A stretch of 64,000 nucleotides of DNA from Candidatus Agathobaculum intestinipullorum. Its GTDB lineage: Bacteria > Bacillota > Clostridia > Oscillospirales > Butyricicoccaceae. The notes beneath the pieces are model-generated. The model did not search any database. It was not told the origin of the DNA and worked only from the letters and a program-made list of their open reading frames with translations. The position numbers and the translations under genes are program-made. Shown here one piece after another: positions 37,606 through 47,348 of this stretch. The stretch is taken from assembly GCA_019117485.1 (NCBI GenBank), contig DWZQ01000028.1, positions 20,555 through 84,554 of the forward strand. Reading direction: 5' to 3'. The first letter of the stretch is position 1, and every line of letters starts with the position of its first letter.

Positions 37606-40005
37606 TTAGCGTCCCACAACGCCCATGCCGTTGATAACCTTATCCATCGCTTCATCCAGCGCAGTCATCAAACGGCAGGCAGCTGCAAAGGATTTCTGAT
37701 ATTGCAGCAGGTTGATGCCTTCATCATTCAAGTCTACGCCAGAAACGCTGTCACGGCTGGTGTTGATCTCATCGGCCGCCGTTGCATAGGTCTCATAGAT
37801 CGTCGAGGTTGTGTTGATGTGCGAACCGAGCACGCCTTCCATATTGGAATAGCCGCTCTCAATGTTTCCCTTGTAGATGTTGGCCGTTGTCACTTCACCT
37901 GCGTCAATGGTCCCTGCACCCATGGTCAAGCCCGCAGCCGGCTGGTCATCCGCACCGGTAATCTGAATATCGGTGACCGTGCTGCACAGCTCACCGTTGC
38001 TTACATCGCCATTGGTCGCTGTCATAATAATTTTATCTCCAGTCGTATCCACCACCGGAGTAAAATCGCCCAATTCCGTCTTGCCTGCTATCGCAGCCTG
38101 CAAATTGGCAAGTGTCGCATCCGCATCCGCACCCGCATTAAATTCCACCTCAACGGTGTGTTGCTGGTTCATGCTGTCCAGATAGATAATCTGCGCTTTT
38201 AGCGGTGTACCATCAGCCACCGTACCATCCTGTGTCAGCGCACCACTGGTAAACGAAGTGTCATCCGGGCGTACAACATCCGTTGCCTTATAGCCATATG
38301 CTTCATTGAGGATATTGAGGAAGCGGTTGATATTGTCGTTTTCCGTGCTGACTGCATCGGGCTTGGTCGACGGAACGATGGTCGTTTCACCCTTCTGCCA
38401 CTTTTCGGAAACCGAAATATTCGCCGCGGTAATCAGTTTGGTCGGGTTATCCGGATTATCACCCGCTGCAACGAACAGATTGCCCGCTCCTTCTACATAA
38501 TTGGGATTATCCACGCCATTGATCGTCTTATCAACCATCGAATTTCCGTCTGCATCGGTCGTATTGACGCGGTTCATCTCGGTTGCCAGCTTGTTGGCCA
38601 GCATGTCCAGGGAACGCATGTAGTATGGGATGCCGCGAATATTCTCATAGCCATCCACCGTGCTAAACTCGCCCGCGCCAACCAGCATCTGGCGGGTGGA
38701 CTCGAGTGCACCGTAGCCCATGCCGTTTTCAATATCGCCTTCATTGGAAACGACAGCCGGCGTCGCCTTCTGGCTGGAGAAGGAAATGTCAGCATTTGCA
38801 TCCAATTCCATGACTGTAATGTTAATAACGCCTGCGCCTTTATCCTTAGACACCATGCTGATGCCATTATCAACAATGGTGATATCAAACAAAGGCTGAC
38901 CCATGGCATCCTGAAACTCCGGTCTTGCCTCCAAGGCTGCCTTTAGAGACTCAAGCGTCTGCTGACGCGCATCATCAACCGTAGGAGCCGGGTCTCCCGG
39001 TGCTGTAACGTTAAACGGAACGGTAACGGTCTGCTCTACCCCATTGGCATCCGTATACTTGACCGTGATATTCTGCGCACCACCGGTTGCGTTTTTATCA
39101 AAGCGCAGGCCGCTGATCAGGAAACGGGAATTCGTATCCGAGGTCTGGATACCATCCGGATCAAACAACTCACCGATGTTCAGCAGCATTTCTTCGCTGT
39201 CTGTCAGCGTCAGGTCAGCACGGCTGATACCGTCGATCAGCGTCTGCCCCGGCTTACCGGTCTCCGCATTGACCATTTTAATCGTCAGCTTCTCAACTTC
39301 AAAGCCCGCGCCAACATCCTCTTTGCCGTAGGTAACATCGATCTTCATGTACTCGGACAGTGAATCGATCAACAGATTACGCTGGTCGCGCAGCTCAAGT
39401 GCCGAGTCGCCGTTGATATCCGCAATGCGGATCTGCTCATTGAGTTCCTGAATCTTTGTGAGGATGTTGTTCGCGTCCTGAACGTCCTCGTCGTACTGCT
39501 GAATCATGTTGTCGTAAACCTGCTGCAACTTGGACGCGTTGGCATTCAGCAGCGTGCAAAGATCCTGCGCGGATTCACGCATCAGCGTTTCAAATTCCTG
39601 CTCGCCCACATGGTTGGCCAACTCGCTGATACGCCCGAACAAATCCTGCAACTGGGTAACAATGCCCTCTTTATTGACGTTGTTGATTACGCTCTCAAGC
39701 TGGTCAAGCACATTGAGCGTAGCGTCAGTTGAACCAACGCTGGCCATTTCCTTACGGAAACGGATATCCAGATACGGGTCGCGCAACTGGGAAACGCCCG
39801 CAAGCATAACGCCCGAGCCGACATTTGCCGAACTGTTTGAGTGATATAACCCTGAGCCATTCGTGATAAAGCTATACTGGTCAAGCTGCTGGCGTGTATA
39901 GCCCAGGGTGTTGATGTTGGAAATATTCTGCCCCGTAACGTTCATGGCCATCTGGCTGGCAATCATACCCAAACGTGCTACGGTAAACTCACCAAAAGTC
40001 GCCAT
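37606..40005 (-). CDS. flgK: flagellar hook-associated protein 1 FlgK (long form)
   Basis: N-terminus TFGEFTVARLGMIASQMAMNVTGQNISNINTLGYTRQ and C-terminus NLLQYQKSFAAACRLMTALDEAMDKVINGMG. Confidence 0.9.
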   Translation of the reverse strand: MATFGEFTVARLGMIASQMAMNVTGQNISNINTLGYTRQQLDQYSFITNGSGLYHSNSSANVGSGVMLAGVSQLRDPYLDIRFRKEMASVGSTDATLNVLDQLESVINNVNKEGIVTQLQDLFGRISELANHVGEQEFETLMRESAQDLCTLLNANASKLQQVYDNMIQQYDEDVQDANNILTKIQELNEQIRIADINGDSALELRDQRNLLIDSLSEYMKIDVTYGKEDVGAGFEVEKLTIKMVNAETGKPGQTLIDGISRADLTLTDSEEMLLNIGELFDPDGIQTSDTNSRFLISGLRFDKNATGGAQNITVKYTDANGVEQTVTVPFNVTAPGDPAPTVDDARQQTLESLKAALEARPEFQDAMGQPLFDITIVDNGISMVSKDKGAGVINITVMELDANADISFSSQKATPAVVSNEGDIENGMGYGALESTRQMLVGAGEFSTVDGYENIRGIPYYMRSLDMLANKLATEMNRVNTTDADGNSMVDKTINGVDNPNYVEGAGNLFVAAGDNPDNPTKLITAANISVSEKWQKGETTIVPSTKPDAVSTENDNINRFLNILNEAYGYKATDVVRPDDTSFTSGALTQDGTVADGTPLKAQIIYLDSMNQQHTVEVEFNAGADADATLANLQAAIAGKTELGDFTPVVDTTGDKIIMTATNGDVSNGELCSTVTDIQITGADDQPAAGLTMGAGTIDAGEVTTANIYKGNIESGYSNMEGVLGSHINTTSTIYETYATAADEINTSRDSVSGVDLNDEGINLLQYQKSFAAACRLMTALDEAMDKVINGMGVVGR

Positions 40006-40027
40006 ATTGGCGGTCCCTCCTTCTCAG

Positions 40028-40492
40028 TTATGCGTGAAAATCCGTGTGCGCACCGCTGACGGACGCGGTCTGTTCCAGCGCCTGCACCGGATCGAATCCC
40101 ATCTGCGTCATCATGCCTTCCACTTCATGCAAACTGCATTCCAACGCCGAGCGCGCTACCTCAGCCGCGCCCTGGAAAATCTGATACTGGGTGGAGAGTT
40201 TCTCGCCTGCAGTTTTGATCTCAAACCGCATAGCCTCATCCTGCACATGCTCAGGCAGATCGGATAAACGCACGCCCTCCACGCCCAGTTCTGCCTGCAG
40301 CTTGCTTCTGCGCTGGTCAGCGTTGCGCAGCGCCAGAGACAGCGCCTGTTCCCGCTTCATGCATACGCCCAGCTTTTCCAGATCGTCTGACCGCACTGCA
40401 GCGGCAACATCCTTCTGCGCCTGTGTCAACTGCTCAAGCGTAGCTGTCAGGTCGCGGATCAGTTTGAGCATCTCCTGAAACGTAGCCGCCAT
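40028..40492 (-). CDS. flgN: FlgN family flagellar chaperone
   Basis: About 154-aa helical protein in the yvyG/flgN slot. ATG 40492 shares one nt with the flgM stop. Confidence 0.6.
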   Translation of the reverse strand: MAATFQEMLKLIRDLTATLEQLTQAQKDVAAAVRSDDLEKLGVCMKREQALSLALRNADQRRSKLQAELGVEGVRLSDLPEHVQDEAMRFEIKTAGEKLSTQYQIFQGAAEVARSALECSLHEVEGMMTQMGFDPVQALEQTASVSGAHTDFHA

Positions 40493-40788
40493 CAGCACAC
40501 ACCTCCAAGCAGCAGAATCTGCCGCGCCAAACTATCCACATTCACCTGATACGAGCCGGCCTGCACTTGCTGCCGCACCTGCGGCATATCATCCGCACGC
40601 TGTGTGCGCACCTCCTGCGAGATCCGACTGGCCAGTTCGATGGAAAAGCGCTGGTCCTGCGAATAATGCGTCGATTGCAATTCCACGCTATCATATTGCC
40701 CGGAAGTACGCGGACGTCCTTCCACGGTTTCCAGTTGCATGTGCGGCCTCTGAAGAGGGGTCATTCCTCCAGTTTTCGTAACCATCAT
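40492..40788 (-). CDS. flgM: anti-sigma-28 factor FlgM
   Basis: 98 aa. The C-terminal AGSYQVNVDSLARQIL matches the FlgM sigma-binding helix. GAGGAG RBS. Confidence 0.75.
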   Translation of the reverse strand: MMVTKTGGMTPLQRPHMQLETVEGRPRTSGQYDSVELQSTHYSQDQRFSIELASRISQEVRTQRADDMPQVRQQVQAGSYQVNVDSLARQILLLGGVC

Positions 40789-40872
40789 ACTCGGTCAACT
40801 CCTCATTCCGCTATACTACCAAATAGCCATTCTTGCTACAGATATTTAGTTTATCGGAAAAAAACAAAAAAA

Positions 40873-40910
40873 AATAAGCGGTAAACAGCATTTTTTGTTT
40901 ATCGCTTATT
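40873..40910. terminator. bidirectional rho-independent terminator after cheB
   Basis: 15-bp stem AATAAGCGGTAAACA/TGTTTATCGCTTATT (one G-U) flanked by an A-run (40859-40872) and a T-run (40911-40916). Confidence 0.85.
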
Positions 40911-40930
40911 TTTTCTTCCATATTTGACGC

Positions 40931-41983
40931 TTACATGTGCGAATTGCTCAAATGGCGCACCAGCACATTTGCGATATTTTCACACGGTGCCTGTTGCATC
41001 ACCGCACCGATATTGTGCGCGACCATCGGCATGCCGTATACCACGCAGGACTCCTTATCCTGTCCGATGGTATATGCGCCTTTCTTGCGCATTTCGAGCA
41101 GCCCCTTGGCGCCATCGCTACCCATGCCGGTCATAATGATGCCGACCATATGGCAGCGCACATTCTCCGCCATCGAGTGAAACAACGCATCCACTGACGG
41201 GCAATGCCCGCTGACCTTTTCACCCGGCATACAGGACACCGTGTACCGAGTGCCATTGCGCACCACACGCATCTGCTTATCGCCCGGCGCAATCAGCACC
41301 TGGCCGCGCACGATCTCATCACCGTGCTCAGCCTCCTTGACCTTCATCTTGCAGATGCGGTCAAGGCGCTCGGCGTACATCTTGGTAAATCCCGGCGGCA
41401 TATGCTGTACGATCACCATGCCCGGAATATTGGCGGGCAGCCGCCGCAGCACGGCCAACGTCGCTTCCGTACCGCCGGTCGACGCGCCCAGTCCGATGAT
41501 CACCTCGGTAGGCGCCGCCCCCACCTTGAGCGAGAGTGACGACGGTCGCTTGGCCGTCATGTTCGGCCGTATCAGCGGACGACGCACGCGCGCGCAGGAT
41601 GCCACAACAATCTTATTGGCCAGCGCTTCGAAAAAGCGGTCGTTACCATCATTGGTATCCGGCTTACGCACAAAATCCACCGCGCCAACCGCCATCGCAT
41701 CGAATACGCGCAAGTTGAGCGATGAAACCAGAATAATCGGGATCGGGTGTACCGGCAGGATCTCTTTTACGAAATCAATGCCGTTCATGCCCGGCATTTC
41801 GACATCCAGCGTCATAACATCCGGATTGAGCACAGGCAGTTTTTTGCGTGCGTCCATCGCATTGATCGCTTCGCCCACCACTTCAATGTTCGGAAATCTG
41901 CTTAGCCCACTCTGGATGATATGACGCGCAAGCATCGAATCATCCACCACCATTACACGAATTTTCTTCGTGCTCTGTTCCAT
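40931..41983 (-). CDS. cheB: chemotaxis protein-glutamate methylesterase CheB
   Basis: Receiver domain (IRVMVVDDS, LDVEMPGMNG) plus methylesterase domain (GASTGG, HMPPGFT, GMGSDGA). ATG 41983 follows the cheR stop. Confidence 0.9.
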   Translation of the reverse strand: MEQSTKKIRVMVVDDSMLARHIIQSGLSRFPNIEVVGEAINAMDARKKLPVLNPDVMTLDVEMPGMNGIDFVKEILPVHPIPIILVSSLNLRVFDAMAVGAVDFVRKPDTNDGNDRFFEALANKIVVASCARVRRPLIRPNMTAKRPSSLSLKVGAAPTEVIIGLGASTGGTEATLAVLRRLPANIPGMVIVQHMPPGFTKMYAERLDRICKMKVKEAEHGDEIVRGQVLIAPGDKQMRVVRNGTRYTVSCMPGEKVSGHCPSVDALFHSMAENVRCHMVGIIMTGMGSDGAKGLLEMRKKGAYTIGQDKESCVVYGMPMVAHNIGAVMQQAPCENIANVLVRHLSNSHM

Positions 41984-41996
41984 TATTCCCATCCTT

Positions 41997-42806
41997 TCAT
42001 GCCCTTTGGAACGTTGCCGGCCGCAGAATGCGATACGGGCTTTTTTTGCTGATGTTCTCCGAATGGCCAATCAGCAAATATCCCCCCGGATTGGAAGCGT
42101 CATAAAAACGCTGAACCAATGCATCCTTGGTCGGTTGATCGAAGTAGATCATCACGTTCCGGCAGAAAATCACATCAAATTTTAACTTAAAACGAATCGG
42201 CTCCATCAAATTGAATGTGCGGAAAATCACGTTATTCCGGATATCCGGTGTGACGGTATACAACCCGCTGTCATCCTTACGCTTCACGAAATACTTCCTG
42301 CGCCATTCCGGCGGGATATCGGCAGGTAACTCATATGCCGGGTCCTTCGCTTCCGCCAACACCCGTTGGGAGATATCGGTCGCGAGCACGCGGGTATCCC
42401 ACATCGAGGCCTGTGCACCCAGATATTCCTTGATACACATCGAAATATTATACGGCTCCTGGCCAGTCGAACAGCCGGCGCTCCAAATGGATAGCACTTT
42501 TTTATTGGCTTTGCGCCGGGTGAGGTCCGGCAGGATCACGCGCATGAGGAAATCATAATGATCCTTTTCCCGCATGAAGTATGTATAATTCGTTGTTAAT
42601 TTGTTCAGGACAAACTCAACTTGCTCCTTATCCTTTTTCTGAAGCAGCTCGTCCACAAACTCCTTAAAACTTGTATAACCTTGCGCCTGCAACGATGCCG
42701 ACAGACGGCTATTGATAAGCAGTCGTTTTTGTTTCAGGTTGATCCCGAAATTACTCTGCATAAAGCTGACCATCCGCTGGAAATCCGAATCAGATAGCTG
42801 CATCAT
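41997..42806 (-). CDS. cheR: chemotaxis protein methyltransferase CheR
   Basis: 269 aa. TTNYTYFMRE, SAGCSTGQEPYS-like (SAGCSTGQEPYN) and FCRNVMIYFD motifs. Confidence 0.9.
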   Translation of the reverse strand: MMQLSDSDFQRMVSFMQSNFGINLKQKRLLINSRLSASLQAQGYTSFKEFVDELLQKKDKEQVEFVLNKLTTNYTYFMREKDHYDFLMRVILPDLTRRKANKKVLSIWSAGCSTGQEPYNISMCIKEYLGAQASMWDTRVLATDISQRVLAEAKDPAYELPADIPPEWRRKYFVKRKDDSGLYTVTPDIRNNVIFRTFNLMEPIRFKLKFDVIFCRNVMIYFDQPTKDALVQRFYDASNPGGYLLIGHSENISKKSPYRILRPATFQRA

Positions 42807-42844
42807 ATGCCAGCACCCCTTTGCTGATTATTCCCCCCACAGAC

Positions 42845-43327
42845 TCAGTCCGCCAGCAGCAGCGGGCAATCCAGCACCAACATTGTCCCCGAGCCGTTCG
42901 GCATCGCCGACATACCGGAAACAAACTTCTGTGCGTTATGCGACGGCATAGGCAGGATACTGTCGACCGGAATATCGATGATCTGACGAACCATGTCCAC
43001 CAGAATACCGATCTGCATTTCGTTGACATTTAGCACGATGATGCAGTCCGTGTCAATCGGCTCGATGCTCAGGCGCAGCCGCATATCAATCAATGGGATG
43101 GTCTGTCCGCGCAGGTTGATGATGCCGCGGACATACTCCGGCACCATCGGCACGCGCGTGATCGGGTAGTTGGTGATGATCTCGATCACGCTTTCCGCCT
43201 CGATGCCGAACTGCAGGTTATCCGTCTGGAACGTGAGGAACTTACGGGTCGCAACCTCGTTCAGCTCCTTCTTTTCCATTTCCTCCTGCTCATCTTCAGT
43301 TGCAAACAGCATATTCTCATCAGACAT
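42845..43327 (-). CDS. cheW: chemotaxis coupling protein CheW
   Basis: 160 aa. FLTFQTDNLQFGIEAESVIEI...VRGIINLRGQTIPLIDMR. Confidence 0.9.
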   Translation of the reverse strand: MSDENMLFATEDEQEEMEKKELNEVATRKFLTFQTDNLQFGIEAESVIEIITNYPITRVPMVPEYVRGIINLRGQTIPLIDMRLRLSIEPIDTDCIIVLNVNEMQIGILVDMVRQIIDIPVDSILPMPSHNAQKFVSGMSAMPNGSGTMLVLDCPLLLAD

Positions 43328-43365
43328 GCTCTTTCTTCAACTCCTTCTCCGTTATATATGATGGA

Positions 43366-45486
43366 TCAATATCCTGTGTAACCTGTGCTGGACGCCAGAA
43401 TGTTGCCCACATCCAGAATCAGGCTGATATTACCGTCGCCAAGGATTGTGCAGCCCACGATACCGGCATCCTTGATGCCGAAGCCGTTGAGGTAAGACGG
43501 CAGCGGCTTAATAACAACCTGCTGCTCGCCCAGCAGCTCGTCAACAAACAGGCAGTAGGAATTTTCGCTCGTCTCCACCCATACAAAGATACCGTCGTCC
43601 GTCGTTTCCGCCTTGGGTTCAAGACCGTACAGCTCATGCAAGCGCAGCACCGGATAGAAATTATCCATTTTGCTGATCATCTCGCCCTTCATCGCGTCGT
43701 GGATGATATCCGACTCGGACGCCTTGAAGGACTGCCGGATGTTCTGAAGCGGGATGGTAAAGATCGAATCGCCCACTGATACTTCCATACCGTCCATAAT
43801 GGCCGTGGTCAGCGGAATCTTAAGCGTGGTGCAGCTGCCCTTGCCAAACTCACTGGTCATCTGCACAACACCGGCAACTGCCTCGATGTTCTTCTTGACA
43901 ACGTCCATACCGACGCCGCGACCGGAGAACTCGGTGACCTCGGTATTGGTCGAAAAGCCCGGCATCATCAGGAAGTTGAGGATCTCCTTCTGGCTGTAAT
44001 CCACATCCGGGCTGGCAAGTCCCTGACTGATCGCCTTGCGCAGTACCGCATCACTGTCAACGCCTGCGCCGTCATCTTCAATACGGATGATGACCTCGCT
44101 GCCCGTATTTTGCGCGGACAGGATGATCTCGCCCTCCGGGTTTTTACCCGCGGCGATACGGGTCTGCTCATCCGGCTCAATGCCGTGGTCCATCGAGTTA
44201 CGCACGATATGCATGATCGGATCGCTGATCGCGTCAACGATAGTCTTGTCGATCTCGGTATCCTCGCCGATGATGGTCAGGTTGGCGCGACGACCCAGCT
44301 TCTGTCCCATATCGCGCACAATACGGCGCATCTTCTGGAACGTACCCGATACCGGCACCATGCGCAGCGACATGGAAATATCCTGCAACTCGTCGGTCAA
44401 CTTGCGAAGCTGGCGCGCGGACTTGTTGAAGTTATCCAGCTTCACGCCGTCCAGCCCCTTGAGGTCGGGCGAGGCGGTAACCATTGCCTCGGTGATAACG
44501 ATCTCGCCGACAACCGCCATAAGCTGGTCGAGTTTGGACAGGTTAACACTGATCAGATTCTGCTTGATCTGATGCGGCGAAGAAGTGTTCTGCACCCCAC
44601 TGTTATCCGTCCGTGCAGGCTCAGCCGGATGCGCCGCAACAGCCTGCGGCGCCGGCGCGGCAACGGGCGCCTTAGCCTCATCCTGTGCCGGTGCGGCAGA
44701 TGCCGCAGACGGTTCAGGCTTGGTCTCCACCTCTGCCGGAATGTAGTCAATCTCCTGATAGGTCTTGACAAAGCCTAAACCGCTGACCACCTGCACCGCC
44801 ATGCTACGGTCATCTTCGGTACGGAAATGCATGACAAAGCCGTTCTCGATAATCGTCTCTGACAGTGCAGTATTGTCCTCCAGACCTTCCGGCTCATAGG
44901 TAAACTCATTCATGCACTGGTCTTGGACATCGGTGATCGCCATAAAGGCGCGCAGATTCTCCATGCCGCATCCATCGTCCAAATAGACACGGAGCGAGAA
45001 GCGGTGATCCGGATCGCCGCTGCCCTGAACTTTTTCCGCCGGCTCGTCTGCCTGCTCCTGCGCTGCCACCTCCTGTCCGTTAATTTTGTCAATGAACATA
45101 TTAATTGCGTTGACAAAATTGTCGATATTATTAGAAAGAGGTTCGCCACTTTCGATCTTGCTTACCTCACTGCGGAAGTAGTCGATCGATTTGAACAGCA
45201 GGTCAAACAACTGCGGCCGATCCTGTTCCGGAACGACATCCATCGTATTTTCACGGATCAGGAAGAACAGATCTTCAATACGATGTGCAATCGTCATGAG
45301 CGGTTCGAACTCCATCATCGCCGCAGAGCCTTTCAGCGTGTGCATGATGCGGAAAATTTCATTCACATCATCCTCGGAAAGCGTATCCGCCTGTTCAGCC
45401 GACAACATGATATTGTCAAGCTGTTCCAACAGTGTATTTGTTTCGTACAAGTACATTTCCAGAACGCTATCGCTGTTATTTTCCAT
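43366..45486 (-). CDS. cheA: chemotaxis histidine kinase CheA
   Basis: Hpt domain (FRIMHTLKGSAAMM), dimerisation and HATPase domains (HIVRNSMDHGIE, DDGAGVD, GRGVGMDVV) and a C-terminal CheW-like domain. ATG 45486 is preferred; the ORF is open to 45687. Confidence 0.92.
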   Translation of the reverse strand: MENNSDSVLEMYLYETNTLLEQLDNIMLSAEQADTLSEDDVNEIFRIMHTLKGSAAMMEFEPLMTIAHRIEDLFFLIRENTMDVVPEQDRPQLFDLLFKSIDYFRSEVSKIESGEPLSNNIDNFVNAINMFIDKINGQEVAAQEQADEPAEKVQGSGDPDHRFSLRVYLDDGCGMENLRAFMAITDVQDQCMNEFTYEPEGLEDNTALSETIIENGFVMHFRTEDDRSMAVQVVSGLGFVKTYQEIDYIPAEVETKPEPSAASAAPAQDEAKAPVAAPAPQAVAAHPAEPARTDNSGVQNTSSPHQIKQNLISVNLSKLDQLMAVVGEIVITEAMVTASPDLKGLDGVKLDNFNKSARQLRKLTDELQDISMSLRMVPVSGTFQKMRRIVRDMGQKLGRRANLTIIGEDTEIDKTIVDAISDPIMHIVRNSMDHGIEPDEQTRIAAGKNPEGEIILSAQNTGSEVIIRIEDDGAGVDSDAVLRKAISQGLASPDVDYSQKEILNFLMMPGFSTNTEVTEFSGRGVGMDVVKKNIEAVAGVVQMTSEFGKGSCTTLKIPLTTAIMDGMEVSVGDSIFTIPLQNIRQSFKASESDIIHDAMKGEMISKMDNFYPVLRLHELYGLEPKAETTDDGIFVWVETSENSYCLFVDELLGEQQVVIKPLPSYLNGFGIKDAGIVGCTILGDGNISLILDVGNILASSTGYTGY

Positions 45487-45610
45487 AAAATAAACGCCGC
45501 CTTTCTGAAGAATTGAATCACAGTGTTTATTATGATTTCGACCGATTCCGGCACAAATTAAGATAGCACCCAAAACATTACAGAAATTTCTGTGGAAACG
45601 GAGCCTTGCT

Positions 45611-47029
45611 ATGCCAAACATTATCAGCGTCACCAATCCTGTCCCCGGGCAGGAAGGCAATACATACCGCTCTCCCATCACGCCCAACGACCCACAAATA
45701 CAGAATATTCCCGACCCGACCCGCGTAGGCCGGGCAGACGCGCGTACCGACCGTCAGGATACCGGTAACACCGAAATCGGCCGTCGGTACGATTCCTATT
45801 TCCAAGCGTTCCTGCAAGCCTTGCGCGACGCCGGGTCTATTACTGAAATCGCCTCGCGTTTCCTGATCACGCAATCAGGTACGATGGTACTGTCCGGCAT
45901 GTCCGATGGTATCGCACAGGAACTGGCCCAATTCATGCAGATGATTCAGGTCGGCCCCGAGGAACTGCTCTCACTTTTGCAGAACCAGTTTTCCTCCACA
46001 ACGCGGTTCGGCGGCAAACTGTTTGAAGCATTGCGCGACGTGCTGCGATATAGCCCGTCCGCCGGTCTAAAAAATGATATTCTGCAATTCTTAAAAAAAT
46101 ACAACGATTTTTCCTCTACCGCGCACATCGAGCGCAACCTGCAACGCACGCTGCAACAGATGTCCTGGTTCATGCCGTCGCGGTTCAGCAGCACATTGGG
46201 CGATTACTCCTCCCAATTGCAGCAGCTGTTGTCGCAAGGCGACCGGTCTGGCGCCATGAACCTGATCCAGAATACGCTGCTCCCCTTTTTATCTGACTAT
46301 GTCTCGCAGATGCACGACCGCGGCATTGCCCGTAATCTGCTCAGCCTGTTCATTCTGGATGTTGCCCGGTACGAAAACGGCAACCCGCAGTCTATGCTGC
46401 AATCCTTTTACCAATTGCTTGGCTATTCCTCCATGAAAGGACGCTTCAGCGACTTAGACAGCAGCCAGCTGCTCCGCCTGCTGCAGGAAAGCGCCACGGC
46501 CGTACACGCCGAGCAGAACCCGCTCGCCGACCGGCTGGGACAGATGTCGCATGCCGCGCTGCGCGGTGAGGGCGGCGCAGATCTCCGGCAGACCTTTCAG
46601 GCGCTGGTGGATTCCATTCTGGTCAACCAGAGCGTATATATGCCGCTGGCGCATGTGATGCTGCCGGTACAGATGGATGGCCGTATGATGTTCTCCGAGA
46701 TGTGGGTCGATCCGGATGAGCAGAATGAATCCGGCTCACCCTCCCGGGAACCTGCCATGCGGATGCTGCTCAAGTTCGATATCCAAGAGCTTGGCATGTT
46801 CGACCTCGTGCTGACCTATCACGACGGCACAGTGGACGCATCGCTGCACTGTCCGCCGCACCTGCAGCGGTTTACCGACCTGTTTACCCGCAAAATGGAA
46901 TCCCTCGCCGAGCAGGAAGGCCTCAAAGCGGCCACGATACTTGCCGCACCGATGACGCGCCCACTGGCTATCTCGGAGGTATTCCCCAAAATCTATGAAA
47001 GGAAGGATAGCATCAATGTCGCAATATGA
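45611..47029 (+). CDS. hypothetical protein, possibly FliK-like (hook-length control C-terminal-type fold)
   Basis: 472 aa with no firm motif. The C-terminal segment MRMLLKFDIQELGMFDLVLTYHDGTVDASLHCP resembles the beta-rich FliK C-domain pattern. Translationally overlaps the FlhB-like gene. Confidence 0.5.
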   Translation: MPNIISVTNPVPGQEGNTYRSPITPNDPQIQNIPDPTRVGRADARTDRQDTGNTEIGRRYDSYFQAFLQALRDAGSITEIASRFLITQSGTMVLSGMSDGIAQELAQFMQMIQVGPEELLSLLQNQFSSTTRFGGKLFEALRDVLRYSPSAGLKNDILQFLKKYNDFSSTAHIERNLQRTLQQMSWFMPSRFSSTLGDYSSQLQQLLSQGDRSGAMNLIQNTLLPFLSDYVSQMHDRGIARNLLSLFILDVARYENGNPQSMLQSFYQLLGYSSMKGRFSDLDSSQLLRLLQESATAVHAEQNPLADRLGQMSHAALRGEGGADLRQTFQALVDSILVNQSVYMPLAHVMLPVQMDGRMMFSEMWVDPDEQNESGSPSREPAMRMLLKFDIQELGMFDLVLTYHDGTVDASLHCPPHLQRFTDLFTRKMESLAEQEGLKAATILAAPMTRPLAISEVFPKIYERKDSINVAI

Positions 47030-47348
47030 CCGCGACCGCAAAGCGGTGGCCCTGCAATACGAAAACGGCATGCCCGCACCGGTGGTGGTCGCTTCCGGCA
47101 TGGGCTATTTGGCTGAAAAAATCGTGGAAGTGGCATCAGAAAACGGCGTCCCGGTTTACGAGGATACCTCACTGGCCACCATGCTGTCCCAGCTGCAACT
47201 GGGACAGCCAATCCCCGAATCACTCTATCGCTTTATTGTCGATATTTACGTTTATTTCCTGCATTTTGACCCCAACAACCCACAAAAGCCCCGGGTACCG
47301 ACTACCCGTGAAGCTGCGGAGACCGAAAAGGAGGTTCCGAACGAATGA
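47016..47348 (+). CDS. stand-alone FlhB C-terminal (FlhB_CC / YlqH-like) domain protein
   Basis: 110 aa. KAVALQYENGMPAPVVVASGMGYLAEKIVEVASENGVPVYEDTSLA matches the post-NPTH part of FlhB/EscU. There is no TM domain. AAGGAAGGA RBS. Confidence 0.8.
   Translation: MSQYDRDRKAVALQYENGMPAPVVVASGMGYLAEKIVEVASENGVPVYEDTSLATMLSQLQLGQPIPESLYRFIVDIYVYFLHFDPNNPQKPRVPTTREAAETEKEVPNE

Noticed and set aside
40851-40857. A possible sigma-28 (SigD) -10 element, CCGATAA, on the minus strand about 65 nt upstream of flgM.
   Set aside because: The -10-like heptamer is present, but the expected TAAA -35 at ~15-nt spacing falls in the terminator T-run and is not recognisable. This is too weak to call without TSS data.
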